From the NCBI GenBank assembly GCA_013239625.1, contig MU053185.1, positions 1-64,000 of the forward strand: a stretch of 64,000 nucleotides of DNA, read 5' to 3'. The notes under the pieces are model-generated. The model was given only the letters and a program-made list of their open reading frames with translations. It was not told where the DNA came from and did no database searches. The translations under genes and the position numbers were made by a program. How positions within the stretch are numbered: position 1 is the stretch's first letter; every line of letters starts with the position of its first letter. Positions 1 through 13,454 of this stretch are shown piece after piece. The stretch is from Lama guanicoe (taxonomy: Eukaryota).

Positions 1-85
1 GCTTGATCTCCAGAATGTATAAGCAGCTCATATGACTTAATAAGAAAAACATAAACAACCCAGTCCAAAAATGGGCAGAAGACCT
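1..85 (+). mobile_element. L1 ORF2 3' fragment
   Basis: ttgatctccagaatgtataagcagctcat...aaaatgggcagaagacct matches the reverse complement of L1 sequence at 28870-28960 in this window. Confidence 0.7.
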
Positions 86-1074
86 ACTTGAAATGTTAAT
101 GGTTAATTCTGGGTAGCAAGATGGGGACCCCAGAAGCCGGCATGGCAGGGTACTTCTTTGACAAGCTCACCCTGGGTTTCAGTGATGAGGGAAACTGAGC
201 CTTAGGCTGGCTTCCCTATAGATAAGAGTGACTTTCTGTGGTCCCTTATGCAGAATATGCATGTTGTCCTTAGAAAACCTCTGCTTTCCTCTTATACACA
301 GTGTGGTTATGTGGGGGTTGGGGGGTAGTTGAGATGGATAGTTCGGGGCCCTGGTATCTGTGAGTGCATGTGTATGGTAAAAATATAGGGGAAAAAACAT
401 CGTCTATAATTCACCATAGTGGTTGCCTCTGGGGAAGAAGTGAAAAATGAGATTGGGCTAGGATTAAATAAATGGAGTCTTCAACTGTAGCTGAAATATT
501 TTAGTTTATTAAATTATGCAAGTGTCAATATTTATTGTTTCTCAGAACAACCTAAGAGCCCTGGAAACTGGCATAGTGGAGTATACCTGTTTAGCAGGCT
601 CACCCTTGGTGGTGGTCCTGGGGACTGTGCCTTAGGCTGGCCTCTCCATAGACACAGGTATGACTTCACATGGTTACCAGCGCCAGGCGTGCGTGCTATT
701 ATGAAACCTTTGTTTATGGGCTTTTGGGGGGTACAGTTTCTACTAATAATCTGATATGAAAAGAAAACCCTACTCAGTTTAAAAGTTGAAAATTTAACAT
801 ACTTGCTTAGCATCAAATTTTTGATAATGAGAATATAGAGGATTGAATCTCAGAGAAATAATGAGTCATAGAAGGACCCTGTGCAAGAACTAATTGCCAC
901 CAACAGAAATTTCTGAAGGAGAAAATGGGGTTGTGTAAAAGGGGACATAATAATCCAGAAATTATTTTTTAAAATACTAACTGCAGTCCAAATACTGTTA
1001 TAGTTTCTCTTTTAATATATTGATATTAAATTAGATTAATAGATCTTTCTGTATAGAATTAATAAAAGTTATTT

Positions 1075-4000
1075 GGTCAATGTTGATTTGTTTTGGTATA
1101 CTTTTGTGGACTATAACATTGTGTAATATTCATATGTACAGTGTGTTGATTTAATACACATATGTTGTGAAGTGATTATCACCAAAGCCTTAGCTGAAAC
1201 CTCCATCACCTCACATAACTACCATTTCTTTTTGGTGATGAGGAGATATTTAATATTTACAATCTTAGCAACAATCAAGTATATAATACAATATTATTAA
1301 CTGTAATGACCATGCTGTACATTAAAGTCATAAAATTTGTACCTTTTGATCAACATCTCCCCCTTTTCCCCACCTCCCAGCCTCTGGTAACCACCATTCT
1401 ACTGTTTCTATGAGTTTCACTTTTTTAGATTCCACATGTAAATGATAGAATACAGTATTTGCCTGACTTATTTTACTTAGCATTATACCCTCAAAGTTCA
1501 TCCAAGTTGTTACAAGTGGAAGTATTTTCTTCTTTCTCATGGCTGAATAATATTCCATTGTATGTGGAGTGTGTGTGTGTGTGTGTATTTATACACATAC
1601 ACACACCACAGCTTCTTTATCTGTTGATCCATTGATATACACTTAGGTTATTTCCATATGTGGGCTATTATGAATACTGTTGCATTGACCATGGAGATGC
1701 AGATGTATCTCTGAAATCCTGTTTTCATTTCTTTTGAATAAATACCAGAAAGGAGGGATTGCTGGATCATATGGTAGTTCTACTTTTAATTTTTTAAGGA
1801 ATGTCCAGACTGGTTCTTATACTGGCTGTATCAGTTTTCAGTCTCACCAAGAGTACACAAGGGTTCCCTTTTCTCCATATCCTCACCAACACTTGTTATC
1901 TTTTTTCTTTTTCATGATAGCCATTGTAATAGATGTGAGCTACATCTCATTGTGGTTTCAATTTGCATTTCCTGGTTAATTAGTGGTGTTGAGCACTTTT
2001 TTGTATACCTGTTGGTCACTGGTATGTCTTCTTTGGAAAAGTGTCTATTCAGTTTCTGACCGTTCTTAAATTAGATTAATTTTTTTTTTGCTGTTGAGTT
2101 GTGTGAGTTCTTTATATGTTTAGAATATTGACCCCTTATCACATACATGATCTCCCTGTTTTGCTGATTGTTTCCTTTGCTGTACAGAAGTTTTTTAGTT
2201 TGATGTTGTCCCACTTATTTATTTTTGCTTTTGTTGCTTGTGCTTTTGATGTCATATCCACAAAATTGTTGCCAGGACCAATGTCAAAGAGATTTTTCCC
2301 TATGCTACCTTCTAGCAGTTTTGTGGCTTCAGATCTTATATTTAAGCCTTTAATCCTTTTTGAGTTAATTTTTGAGGGGTGTCAGATAGGAGTCCCAGTT
2401 TCATTCTTTTGTATGTGGTTATCCAGTCTTTCCAAAACCGTTTAACAGAGAGACTATCCTTTCTTCATTGAATAGTGTTGGCTCCTTTGTCAAATATTAG
2501 TTGGTCATATATTCATGGGTTTATTTCTGAGCTCTTGATGATGTTCCATTGGACTATGTCTGTTTTCTTCTGCCAGTACCATACTGTTTTGATTACTATA
2601 GCTTTTTATTATAGTTCAAAATCAGGAAGTATGATGCCTCCAGCTTTGTTCTTATTTCTCAGGATTGCTCTGGCTATTTGAAGTCTTTTGTGCCTCCATA
2701 GGAATTTCAGGTTTTTCTATTTTTGTTTAAAGAAATGCCATTGGAATTTTGATAGTAGTTGCACTGAATCTATAGATGGCTTTGGGTAGTGTGGACATCT
2801 TAACCATATCAGTTCTTCTGATCAGTGAACACATTATATCTTTCATTTTATTGGGTCTTCCATTTTTTTCCATCAGTCTTAAAATTTTCAGTATACAGAT
2901 CTTTCACCTCCTTGGTTCAATTTAGTCTTCATTATTTTGTTGCTTTTTGATGTTATTTTGAACAAGATTGTTCTCTTTCCTTTTCAGATGTCCTGCAACT
3001 TTTCTGAATTTCTTGACTAGTTCTAACAGTCTTTTGATGGAGTCTTTAGGACTTTCTATATTATAAAATCATATAACCTGCAAATACAGTTTGACTTCTT
3101 CCTTTCCAATATGGAGACCTTTAATTTCTTGCCTGATTGCTCTGGTTGGGACTTCCAATACTATGTTGAGTAGAAGTGGTGAGAGTGGGATTCTTTTTTT
3201 TTTTTTAACATTTTTATTGATTTATAATCATTTTACAATGTGTCAAATTCCAGTGTTCAGCACAATTTTTCAGTCATTCATGGACATATACACACTCATT
3301 GTCACATTTTTTTCTCTGTGAGCTATCATAACATTTTGTGTGTATTTCCCTGTGCTATACAGTGTAATCTTGTTTATCTATTCTACAATTTTGAAATCCC
3401 AGTCTATCCCTTCCCACCCTCCACCCCCCTGGTAAAGACAAGTCTGTATTCTCTGTTTGTGAGTCTATTTCTGTCCTGTATTTATGCTTTGTTTTTGTTT
3501 GTTGTTTTTGTTTTTGTTTTTTAGATTCCACATATGAGCGATCTCATGGTATTTTTCTTTCTCTTTCTGGCTTACTTCACTTAGAATGACATTCTCCAGG
3601 AGCATCCATGTTGCTGCAAATGGCATTATGTTGTCGGTTTTTATGGCTGAGTAGTATTCCATTGTATAAATATACCACCTCTTCTTTATCCAGTCACCTG
3701 TTGATGGACATTTAGGCTGTTTCCATGTTTTGGCTATTGTAAATAGTGCTGCTATGAACATTGGGGTGCAGGTGTCATCCTGAAGTAGGGTTCCTTCTGG
3801 ATACAAGCCCAGGAGTGGGATTCCTGGGTCATATGGTAAGTCTATTCCTAGTCTTTTGAGCAATCTCCACACTGTTTTCCATAGTGGCTGCACCAAACTG
3901 CATTCCCACCAGCAGTGTAGGAGGGTTCCCCTTTCTCCACAGCCTCCCCAGCATTTGTCATTTGTGGATTTTTGAATGATGGCCATTCTGACTGGTGTGA

Positions 4001-6020
4001 GGTGATACCTCATTGTAGTTTTGATTTGCATTTCTCTGATAATTAGTGATATTGAGCATTTTTTCATGTGCCTTTTGATGAGAGTGGGATTCTTGTCTTG
4101 TTCCTGGTCTCAGAGGAAAACATTTCAGCTTTTCATCCTCGTGAGTGATGTGAGCTGTGGACTTGTTTTGTATAGCCTTTATTATGTGGTAGTGTCTTCA
4201 CTCTACACCCAATTTGTTGAGAATTTTTATCATGCAAAGGATGTTTTATTTTATCAAATCTTTTTTCATTTATTGAGATGATTATATGATTTTTCTCTTC
4301 CATTCTGTAAGTGTAATAGATAAGTTTTTGATTTGCATATGTTAAAGTATCCTTCCATCCCAGTGAAAATCCTACATGATCATAGGCTATGATATTTTTA
4401 ATGTGCTGCTCAACTCAGGTTGCAAGTATCATGTTGAGAATATTTGCATCTATATTGATCAGGAATATTGAACCGTGGTTTGTTTTCTTGTAGTGTGCTT
4501 ATCTGGCTTTGGTAGCAGGGTGCTGTTAGCTTTGTGAGACAATTATGGAGTCTTTCCTTCTCTTCAGGTTTTTGGAGGCATTTGAGAAGGATTGGTGTTA
4601 ATTCTTTTTAAATGTTTGATGGAATTCACCAGGGAAACTATCTATGTGGTCCTTCCTGGCTTTTCTTTTGAGGAGCTTTTCCATTAGTGATTCAATCACC
4701 TTACTGTTTTTATTCTATTCATATTTTGTTTCTTCTTGAGTCAGCCTTGGTAGGTTGCATGTTTCTCGGAATTTATTCATTTCTTTAGGACTCCAGTTTG
4801 TTGGTGTATAGTTGTTCAGAGGCTCTCTTAATGATCCTCTGTATTTCTCTGGTATCAGTTGTAATGTCTCCTCTTTCATTTCTGATTTGATTTGAATCTT
4901 TCCTCTTTTTCCTTAGTTTAGCCAAGGGTTGTCAGTTTTGTTTATCTTTTTAAAAAACCAAGTCTTAGTTTCATTAATGTTTTTTATTGTTTCCTGCTTT
5001 GTATTTTGTTTCTGCAATGACCTTTGTTATTTCCTTCCATCTGCTAACTTTGAGCTTAATGTTTTTCTTTTTCTAGCTCCATGAGGTATAAAGTTAGGTT
5101 GTTTGAGATCTTTTTCCTTTATGTATGCATTTATCACTGTACATTTCCGTCCTAGAACTGTTTTTTGTGCATTCCATTTGTTTTCATATGCTGTGTTTCT
5201 TTTTTTGTTTGTCTCAAAATATTATTCCATATACCTTTTGAATTCTTCTTTGACCTATTGATTGTTCAGGAGTGTCTTTTAATTTCTACATATTTGTGAA
5301 TTTTTTCCAGCTTTCCTCTTATGATTGACCTATAGTTTCATACCATTGTACTCAGCAAAGCTACTTGGTGTGATTTCAGTCTTTTTAAATTTGCTAAGAT
5401 GTGTTCTGTGACCTATCACATGATTGATCCTGGAGAATGTTTTTTGTGTGCTTGAGAAGAAGATATATTCTGCTATTGGATGGAATGTTCTGTTTATATC
5501 TATTCAGCTCTTTTGGTCTAAAGTATAGTTCAAGTCCAACAGTTTCTTGTTGATTTTCTGTCTGGATGATCTATCCATTGTTGAGAGTGGAATATTAAAG
5601 GCCTCAATTATTATTGTAATGCTGTTTATTTATCATTTTAGTTCTGTAAGTATTTGCTTTATATATTTAGGCATTCTGTGTTGGGTGCCTAAATACTTAC
5701 CCAATAATTACCTCCTTGATGGATTGACCCTTTTATAATTATATGACTTTCTTTGTGTCTTTGGACTATATGTAGCCTCAAGTCTATTTTGTGTGATATA
5801 AGTCTGCTTTCTTTGGGTTACCATTTGCTAGAAATAACTTTTTTCATCCTTTCACTCCCTATACATGTACGTCCTTAAAGCTACAGTGATTCTCTTGTAG
5901 GCAGCTTATCATGGGGTCTTTTTTTTTTAATCCATTCAGCCATTCTGTCTTCTGATTGGAGAATGTAATCATTATATTTAAAGCAATTATTGGTAGATAA
6001 GGACTTACTATCACCATTTA
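1075..6020 (-). mobile_element. Old 5'-truncated L1 (ORF2 to 3' UTR), decayed, interrupted by a younger L1
   Basis: Minus-strand ORF2 C-terminal remnant MEYYSAMRKKKILPLVTTWMNFEGIMLS (1328-1558); continuous T-rich antisense L1 texture back towards the endonuclease region near 5900. Confidence 0.85.
3196..4078 (-). mobile_element. Young 5'-truncated L1 with 16-bp TSD
   Basis: TSD tgagagtgggattctt at 3180-3195 and 4079-4094; poly(T) at 3196; open ORF2 C-terminus 3465-4067 ([18 protein letters not shown] cysteine-rich motif). Confidence 0.95.
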
Positions 6021-6024
6021 ATTT

Positions 6025-6214
6025 CCAGGGGCTTGGAGGCAGGGGGAACTGGGGATTTGCTGTTCAGCGTGTATATAGTTTCACTTACGCAAGATGAAAA
6101 AGTTCTAGAGATCTTGCTAAACAATATTGTGATTATAGTTAACAATACTGTATTGTACACTTAAATTTTTATTGAAGTAGGTCTCATGTTAGATTTTTTT
6201 TACAATAAAAAAAA
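6025..6214 (+). mobile_element. Old L1 3' end fragment
   Basis: gatgaaaagttctagagatc...acaataaaaaaaa, typical L1M 3' terminus with AATAAA and A-tail. Confidence 0.65.
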
Positions 6215-6219
6215 TCTGT

Positions 6220-7270
6220 AATAGATCCTTTATACGTATTTGTTGAATAAATGAAAAGTAAAAATAGATACTCTTATTTATTATGCTTAGCAATCTAAAA
6301 TTCAATAAGTAAATAAATACAAGAGTAGTTTAAATTGGGATTAAAACCATAGAGAAATATTCAGTTTACTGTGATGGAGAGTAGGTATTGCTTGAGGAGA
6401 CATTATTATTATTTTGAATAAGGTGATCAGGGATACTTGTGCAGGTTGATGTTTGATTGAAAGCCAAAGAGTAAGTGAGAGTCAGCATATAATAGGCAGT
6501 TGAAAGCATTTTAGATGTTCGAGTAACAAAAAGGAGGAGATGCACGTCACTGGACCATAATGAGTTCAGGTAGAGTTGTATAAGCCAAGATGGAGATGTA
6601 GGGTCTTGTGAGCATTATTAGAGTAGTCCAAATTATGTTCCAAGTGCAGTGGGAAGGCTGTAAGGGGTTTAAGTAGGCAAATGACTCTGACTGTTTTGAA
6701 GAATGTAGGGTTTGGGGAAGAGCTGAAGCGAGAGGACAAGGTAAGAGGCATTGCAGTGGTGCAGGTGAAAGACCATGGTAGTTTAAATGACAGTGGGGGC
6801 TAAGAAAATGAGATGTAGACAGATTTCACAGGGATTTTGGAAAAGTTGACAGGATTTGCTCATTGATCTAGAAGTGAGGAATGAGAAATGTGGAAGATAA
6901 TCTAGATTCAGAGATTTGGACTTGAGCACCTGGGTTGATGGTGATGCTGTTTATTAAACCTTCTTTTGCTGGGGACACATTGGATGTGGAAGGGTAGAGA
7001 AGGCGTCAGAAAAAAAAAATCTGAGATGCCTATTAGACATCCAAGTGAAAATGTCATGCAGGTAGCCAGAAAAATAATCTGGAGCTCAGGAGGAGGTCTG
7101 GTTTTGAAATAAACGTATGATACATATAGGAGGCATCAGCCATAGATGACGTTGAGGTCATGGGACTGGATGAGGTCACTGGAAAGAGAGTAGGGAGAGA
7201 GTATGGCACAGCCAGCCCCACACCCAGGGCAGCTCCCAGTGGAGGGTGGGATGAGGAGTCAGAATACCCA
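6220..7270. mobile_element. Ancient L2-like fragments
   Basis: tgttgaataaatgaa at 6241; purine-rich L2 motifs such as gagatgcctattagacatccaagtg and catgggactggatgaggtcac. Confidence 0.55.
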
Positions 7271-8134
7271 GAGGGCTGCTGGCCCCACCTGGACCATTAC
7301 CTCATTCCACACTGGGACCAGCTGTGTCCACACCCAGTGGCCCCACATCAGCCTGTTCTGACCTAAGTGTGTTTTCTGGTTTCTTCAGGTTGTGAAAGAA
7401 TTAGCATTTTACCTTGTTTTATTGGCTATGTGTAGAAGGAAATTATTTCCCAGTTAAAAGAAGATTCCCTAAGGAAATGATCTGCTTTTCTGTTTTTTTT
7501 TTTCTGTTCACTTTTAAAACCTCTGTCTCTCACTCAATCCAATGTATTTGACCAGCTGAAATCTGTACCCATGTGAACTCTAAGGTTGTCCATGTATGGA
7601 AAAAAAGTTCTCAACATTGTTTCTTCTGAGCTGCCTGTGGGTTACAGAGATAAAAGTTACATTTCTTTGTATGCAGTATTCAAGGTTACGTGGGTTGTGT
7701 GTCTCTTTAAAGCTAGCAGTTTGCTTTGAACATTTAGTAAAATGTGACTAAGTTTAGCTGCATAGTAATTACCGTCCACATTTAATTACCGTCCACATTT
7801 CATCACTGCACTGTAACCGTGTTTTATAAAAATGAAGATTATGGCCCTTTGAGTTCAGTTTCCAGAAAATGCTATTGTCCTTTATTTCTTCTTAGTGAAA
7901 TTGGTCTTCTTACTGTATTTGTTTCTCTGCATGCTTTGAGGACCTCTCCTCTTCCTGACATGCACTCAGATGTTACCTATTTAAATGTCAATTAACTGTT
8001 CTTCTCTAGAGATGAGGAAGCTCAGGGAGATCACCTAGTTTTGTGTATCACTGAAAACTGACTGAGGGTGTTTATGTTCCTGTTCTGGAGAACCAGTTTG
8101 TTTTACTGATTTCTTAACCTCAGATTGCCTGTCT

Positions 8135-8330
8135 TTAAATCCCAGTTTATCCGCTTACCTTGACCAAGTTCACCCAAGGTAAGTTATTTAGCTTCTCTGT
8201 GCCTCAGTTTCCTGACATGTAAAATAGGGATAATAAAAGTCAGTCCCACTGGGTTTTTGCTGTGAACTGAGTTATATGTAAACCATTTTGAACAACGTCT
8301 CGTGTACAGTAAGTACACTGTGTTAGTCAT
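8135..8330 (+). mobile_element. MIR SINE
   Basis: MIR core: aagttatttagcttctctgtgcctcagtttcctgacatgtaaaatagggataata. Confidence 0.75.
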
Positions 8331-8899
8331 CATGTGTCATCGTCATCCACTCGCATCTAAGTACTTTAATGTTGCTTATGCTCTGGGGGGGAGATTTCCT
8401 GTTTCTACTTTGCCACTGGTGGTTCTCTCGCATTCTGACCAACTCTGTCACATTGCATGTTTACAAGGGAAAATTCTCTGTAGCTCTTAGTTGTCAGGTG
8501 CTACCAGGCCTTTGGAGGGGGTAGATTAGATTGGTGTTTTCACTGCCCTAAGCTCGCGCCCAAGACTAGAGGCAGATTTTGCTGTGATGACTGTCCCTGG
8601 TAATCCTTGCCATTTTGGCTTCCCCTTTAAATCACCTCCTCAGACACTCTTTGGTTATTCTTCCCAAGTTCCAAGTTGCCCAAGTCTTTTCTTTCCATCC
8701 TGAAGTACCTCCCACTTCTCAGAGACAGAAAAGAGCAAAAGGATTAAGTACTAATCCTTATCCCCACCATCATCTGGACGTTGGGATCTGAAAAGGAGAG
8801 GAATGGGTGGGTACAAATGGCACGGTGAGTAGACAGACAGGATCACCTTAGAGCGACTAATGAAGTAACAGCTAAAACTGATAAATCACGACACACCTT

Positions 8900-9200
8900 G
8901 CCATGGGGGTTCTCAAGCTTTGTTGCTTGTTACCTCCAGGGTATGTCCCAGACCGATTACATCAGTCCCTGAGGGGAGGAAGGACCTAGGTATCCCAGGC
9001 AGTTAAGCCAGCACAGACGCTTTGCTACGCAGTGTGGTCTGTGGGCCAGTAGCATTGTGAGAAGCTCGGTAGCCGTAAGTGCTGCCCCAGACTTACCGAA
9101 TCAGAACCTACAGTTTAATAACGAAGTGTTTGAAGCACTGTTTTAGCATCCTAGTTCTCAGTGATGGCTATACCTTGGGATAATCTGGGATGCTGCAGAA
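8900..9200. mobile_element. MER5-like hAT DNA transposon fragments
   Basis: ttctcaagcttt, gtgtggtctgtgggccagtagcat, ccccagacttaccgaatcagaa, gtttgaagcactg. Confidence 0.5.
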
Positions 9201-9572
9201 TGATACTGATGCTAGGATTTAAATAACTCATCCAGGTAGATCCTTATGCATATACTGGACCAAACACACTGAAAACTTACCATAACTTTGACAATTATTG
9301 AATTGGCAAATATTAAAGAAGGCTTAGAAACCTCTCATTTCCATTGATGTTGCGTATGTGCCCACGCACATACACACTAACTTTGAAGCATTGTTTTATA
9401 AATGGGTTGGCAACCCATATGTTTTATCACAAACACGGGTTGAAAAGCGTGGCCTACAAGCCAAATCTAGCCTACCATGTACTTTTGTTTAAAAAACAGT
9501 TCATTGGAACAAATGGATGACCGTTTGCTTGCATAATTCCTTGTTGCTGGGTTCGTGTTGTGCTGCCACAAT

Positions 9573-10079
9573 TGTTACTGAACTCAGGTCCCGCTGCTCA
9601 AAAGTCAGTATGAGAGACTGGTATCAGTAGAAAGAGAAAAGTTGCTTTAATCAGACAGTTAGCAATCTCAGGAGAAGGCAGACTTGTGTCTGAAGATGCT
9701 CCTCCACCATGAAAGTTTTTAAAGGTAAAAAAGGGGAAGTAATCTCTGTTAATAATCATTGAGATAGGGTGTCAGATTTGCAACCATCTCCCATCGTGTA
9801 CAGATTTTGATCTTTCTTTCGATGCTATCTTGTTCACACGGTTTGGTTTGTTTTCAAGATTACTGAAGGGGACACGCTAGGGAAGGGATCTGGTCATCTG
9901 TTAAGCACTTATTATTTCTTCTTTGAGCTAAGGATGGAAACAACAGGTTAGGCAAAGCTCTGTGTGATCAAAAGATTTGAAAGGTGTGATTGCACCAGAG
10001 GTAAGTTAAAATACAGCTTTGCTACATTGACAAAAGGGGCCTCCTGCAGAGAACTCTTTCCTGCCAAAAGCTGTTTACA
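9573..10079 (-). mobile_element. Solo ERV LTR inserted in an older MER58-like element
   Basis: TG...CA ends; near-TSD caat/cagt; ATTAAA on minus strand near 9646; flanks resemble two halves of a MER58-like MITE. Confidence 0.5.
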
Positions 10080-10299
10080 CAGTGGATAAGACAAAGACTT
10101 TATGTCCCACAAAGTCTAATAAATACATTATGTTATTCTGAATAGAAAATGTTTGCAAAACCCCGTTTTGTAGTTTCTACCTCCAGCATATGCACATGAC
10201 AGTTGAATCATCAATATCCCTGCCACAGCCACTCTCTGGCAGAAGGGAAAGCACTGTATACATTTACTCTAGGAGGATAACGATGTACTACAGCATGTC

Positions 10300-10810
10300 C
10301 ACGCCAAGTGAGGTATGGCGGTAGGCTGCTTATCCTGCAGCCAATTCACTCCTCCTTCCTTGCTAAGGCAACACCAATTTGGGGGGAACGACAGTGTCCC
10401 CAGGCACTGGTGACAATATGTAATTAGTCTACATCGGTGAATCAGGGCAATTACGTTCTCCTTACTTGCTGTATCTGCCTCTCCTGCTGCGAAGGACGGG
10501 CACGGTACTGACTTTTGGCCTGAGACATAGCTGTCTGCCTGGGAAGTTTGCTTCCCTGATAAGAGGAGACAATTCTGTGAAAAGAAAGCATTTTGCTCCC
10601 ATTTTATTGATCCTTATTGGCATGTTTGTATGAGGATGTGATGCCCGAGACAGCACCACCTTTTACCCATGAGGAAAGGCTGAGAGGACTGCAGGACAGC
10701 GATGTAGACTGTGGCTGAAGTCATCAACCCTAGCATTGTCTATCACCCAGGCTTCTTGATAAGAAAGTACTGTTACAGCCTTTTGTGGGGTTTGTTTCTT
10801 GGGGCTAATC
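10300..10810 (+). mobile_element. Old MaLR (MLT1-like) LTR
   Basis: MLT1-like phrases: tgacttttggcctgagacatag, gatgtgatgcc, acccatgaggaaagg. Confidence 0.45.
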
Positions 10811-11111
10811 TCACAGGTGTAAGATGACTACAGGGACAAGGCATTCTTTAGCCTCCTGCGAAATTACATCTTCCTTCCCCACCCCCCTTTTTTTTAAATT
10901 AGCGGTGTTGTATGTGAGGTTTCACATATAGAACAGGTTCTGGGTGCTGTCCAGAAATCTGTGTAGTGGTTAGCAGCAATCCTGTGAGGTGACAAGGAGG
11001 TAATTAATCCGCTGATGGACCTGGGGGGGTTTCTTTGTGTGGTTCTCTGTTGATTCGCGGGTGGGGAAGGAGAAGGACAGAGGTGCGTTTGGGGAAATTA
11101 AGGTAGGTAGA

Positions 11112-11175
11112 GAGAGGCTATAGGTCAGGGGTAGAGTGTAGGCCTAGCATGCAGGGGGTCCTAGGTTCAATTCAG
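11112..11175 (+). mobile_element. Degraded tRNA-derived (vic-1-like) SINE head
   Basis: Aligns by eye to the SINE at 57371 (tataggtcaggggtagagtgt...agcatgca...ggtcctaggttcaat). Confidence 0.55.
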
Positions 11176-11393
11176 AGAAGGGAGAGGAGGGACTGATTCC
11201 ATCCATCACGCCCAATATGGGAGAGGAGGCTGCTCTCCTGTTTTTAGTCTTCTTAACATACTTGTTGTCCCGAGGTTACCAGGAACCCAGGACCTTCTGC
11301 TTTCTACCACTGACCTATACCCTCCCCACAAGATTCATCTCCATACTTTTCCTTAGTCAAGGCATCTCCAACTTTCCTTAGAAGCCTTAACTT

Positions 11394-12531
11394 TTTTATT
11401 GAGTCATAGTCATTTTACAATGTTGTGTCAAATTCCAGTGTAGAGCACAATTTTTCAGTTATATATGAACATACATATACTCATTGTCACATTTCTTTTT
11501 CACTGTGAGCTACCACAAGATCTTGTATATTACAGTATAATCTTGTTTATCTATTCTGCATATGCCTGTCAGTATCTACAAATTTTGAACTCCCTGTCTG
11601 TCTCCTCCCACCCACAAGTTTGTGTTCTATGTCTATGAGTCTGTGTCTGTTTTGTATTTTTATTTATTTTAGATTCCACATATGAGCGATCTCATATGGT
11701 ATTTTTCTTCCTCTTTTTGGCTGGCTTCACTTAGAATGACATTCTCCAGGAGCATCCATGTTGCTGCAAAAGGCATGTTTTATTCTTTTTATGGCTGAAT
11801 ATTATTCTACTGTATAAATAGACCACCACTTCTTTATCCAGTCACCTGTTGATGGACATTTAGGCTGTTTCGTAAATGTTGCTGCTGTGAACATTGGGGT
11901 GCAAGTGTCTTTTTGAAGTAGGGTTCCTTCTGGATGTGGGATGCCTGGGTCATATGGTAAGTCTATTCCTAGTCTTTTGAGGATTCCCACCAGCAGTGTA
12001 GGAGGGTTCCCTTTGTCATTTGAATGCAGGTCATTGTGACTGATACCTCATTGTAGTTTTCATTTGCCTTTCTCTGATAATTAGTGATAGTGAGCATTTT
12101 TTCTTGTGCCTGTTAGTCATTCATATGTCTTCACTGGAGAATTGCTTGTTTAGGTCTTCTGCCCATTTTTGGATTGGGTTGTTTGTTTTTTTCTTATTAA
12201 GCCGTACGAGCTCCTTACATAGTCTGGAGATCAAGCCTTTGTCAGTTTCATTTGCAGAAATTTTCTCCCATTCTGTAGGTTATGGTTTCCTTTGCTGTGC
12301 AGAAGTGTGTAAGTTTAATTAGGTCTCATTTGTTTTATTCTTGCTTTTATTTCTAGTCCTTGGGTAGACTGCCCTAGGAGAACATTTTTGAGGTGTATGT
12401 GAGAGGATGTTTTGCCTATATCTTCTTCTAGGAGGTTTACTGGATCTTGGCTTATGTTTATGTATGGTGTAAGGGAGTGTTCTAGCTTCACTGATTTACA
12501 TGCTGCTGTCCAGTTTTCCCAACACCATTTG
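11394..12531 (-). mobile_element. 5'-truncated L1 with 15-bp TSD and many internal deletions
   Basis: TSD tagaagccttaactt at 11379-11393 and 12532-12546; same family as 3196-4078. Confidence 0.9.
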
Positions 12532-12546
12532 TAGAAGCCTTAACTT

Positions 12547-13450
12547 CTAGTAAAAACTAAGAAGCAATTTGTGAATACATTTCATAATTTCTAGAAACAC
12601 AAATGCATATAGTGCATTTTTTTTTAACATGGCACATACTTGCTGACAGATACCTCTAGTTTTGCTGCAGTAAGAAACCAAAGCTGTGTAACCCTATGTT
12701 CGGTAATTAATCTTTTGGTATTTTACCCTACTTGGAAGTGGTATAGAAATGCATTGAATTCCCCTCAAATACCAAAAACATTTGAGTAGCTTTTTAAGTA
12801 GACTATTGTTGAAAAGTTCCCTCACTTCTTAGAAGTTTTTATCCCCCTTATGTCTATTTAATTGTTCTTAACAATCATACTCAAGTTACTCAGGAAAACG
12901 TCATGAGAAGTTAAAAAAGCTAGCCATAGTTACAAATTTTGTAAGAGAGCTAACGTGAGCTTATTTGACTAGCAAACTCAGGGAGAATAAAAGTTGCATG
13001 TCTGCATTATATTGAATGCTGATAACTGAGGACATGCCTATCTTAATTAAATCAATAGTTCATTAAATTAAAAAGCTAGTTTAATTTCCTAGATCATGTG
13101 AACTTATAAATCATTTTGGCTCATTTCTGTCTTTTGGAGAGTTTAGAAATATTTAATTTGATAAGCCCATATTCTGTAAGTCACTTAAATAGAGCTTTGA
13201 TAAACAAATTAACCATACATTGGGAGGCAGAAAAAAATGTCACATATACATAGCATGCATCCATAGGCACCCTAAAGCTTCCATTTCAATATTTTAGCCA
13301 TGAATCGGGTACAGTAATACAAAATCCATTAGAGTATAAGTAACAGTTGAATCACAATTGTGTCACTGGCAGATTGACCAAATCACCATTACCTGCTCCA
13401 ACAGCTAAAGCTTTTTACTGATATTTGTATTTATCCTTGACAGGTAATCT
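12547..13450 (-). mobile_element. Decayed ERV1 (MER4-group-like) internal fragments, probably continuing at ~14190-14520
   Basis: AT-rich internal-type sequence; by-eye family resemblance only. Confidence 0.35.
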
Positions 13451-13454
13451 TATG

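Noticed and set aside
7766..7800. 17-bp tandem duplication, with similar ones near 14868 and 21022-21085
   Set aside because: Two-copy slippage duplications; no array or spacer structure, not CRISPR-like
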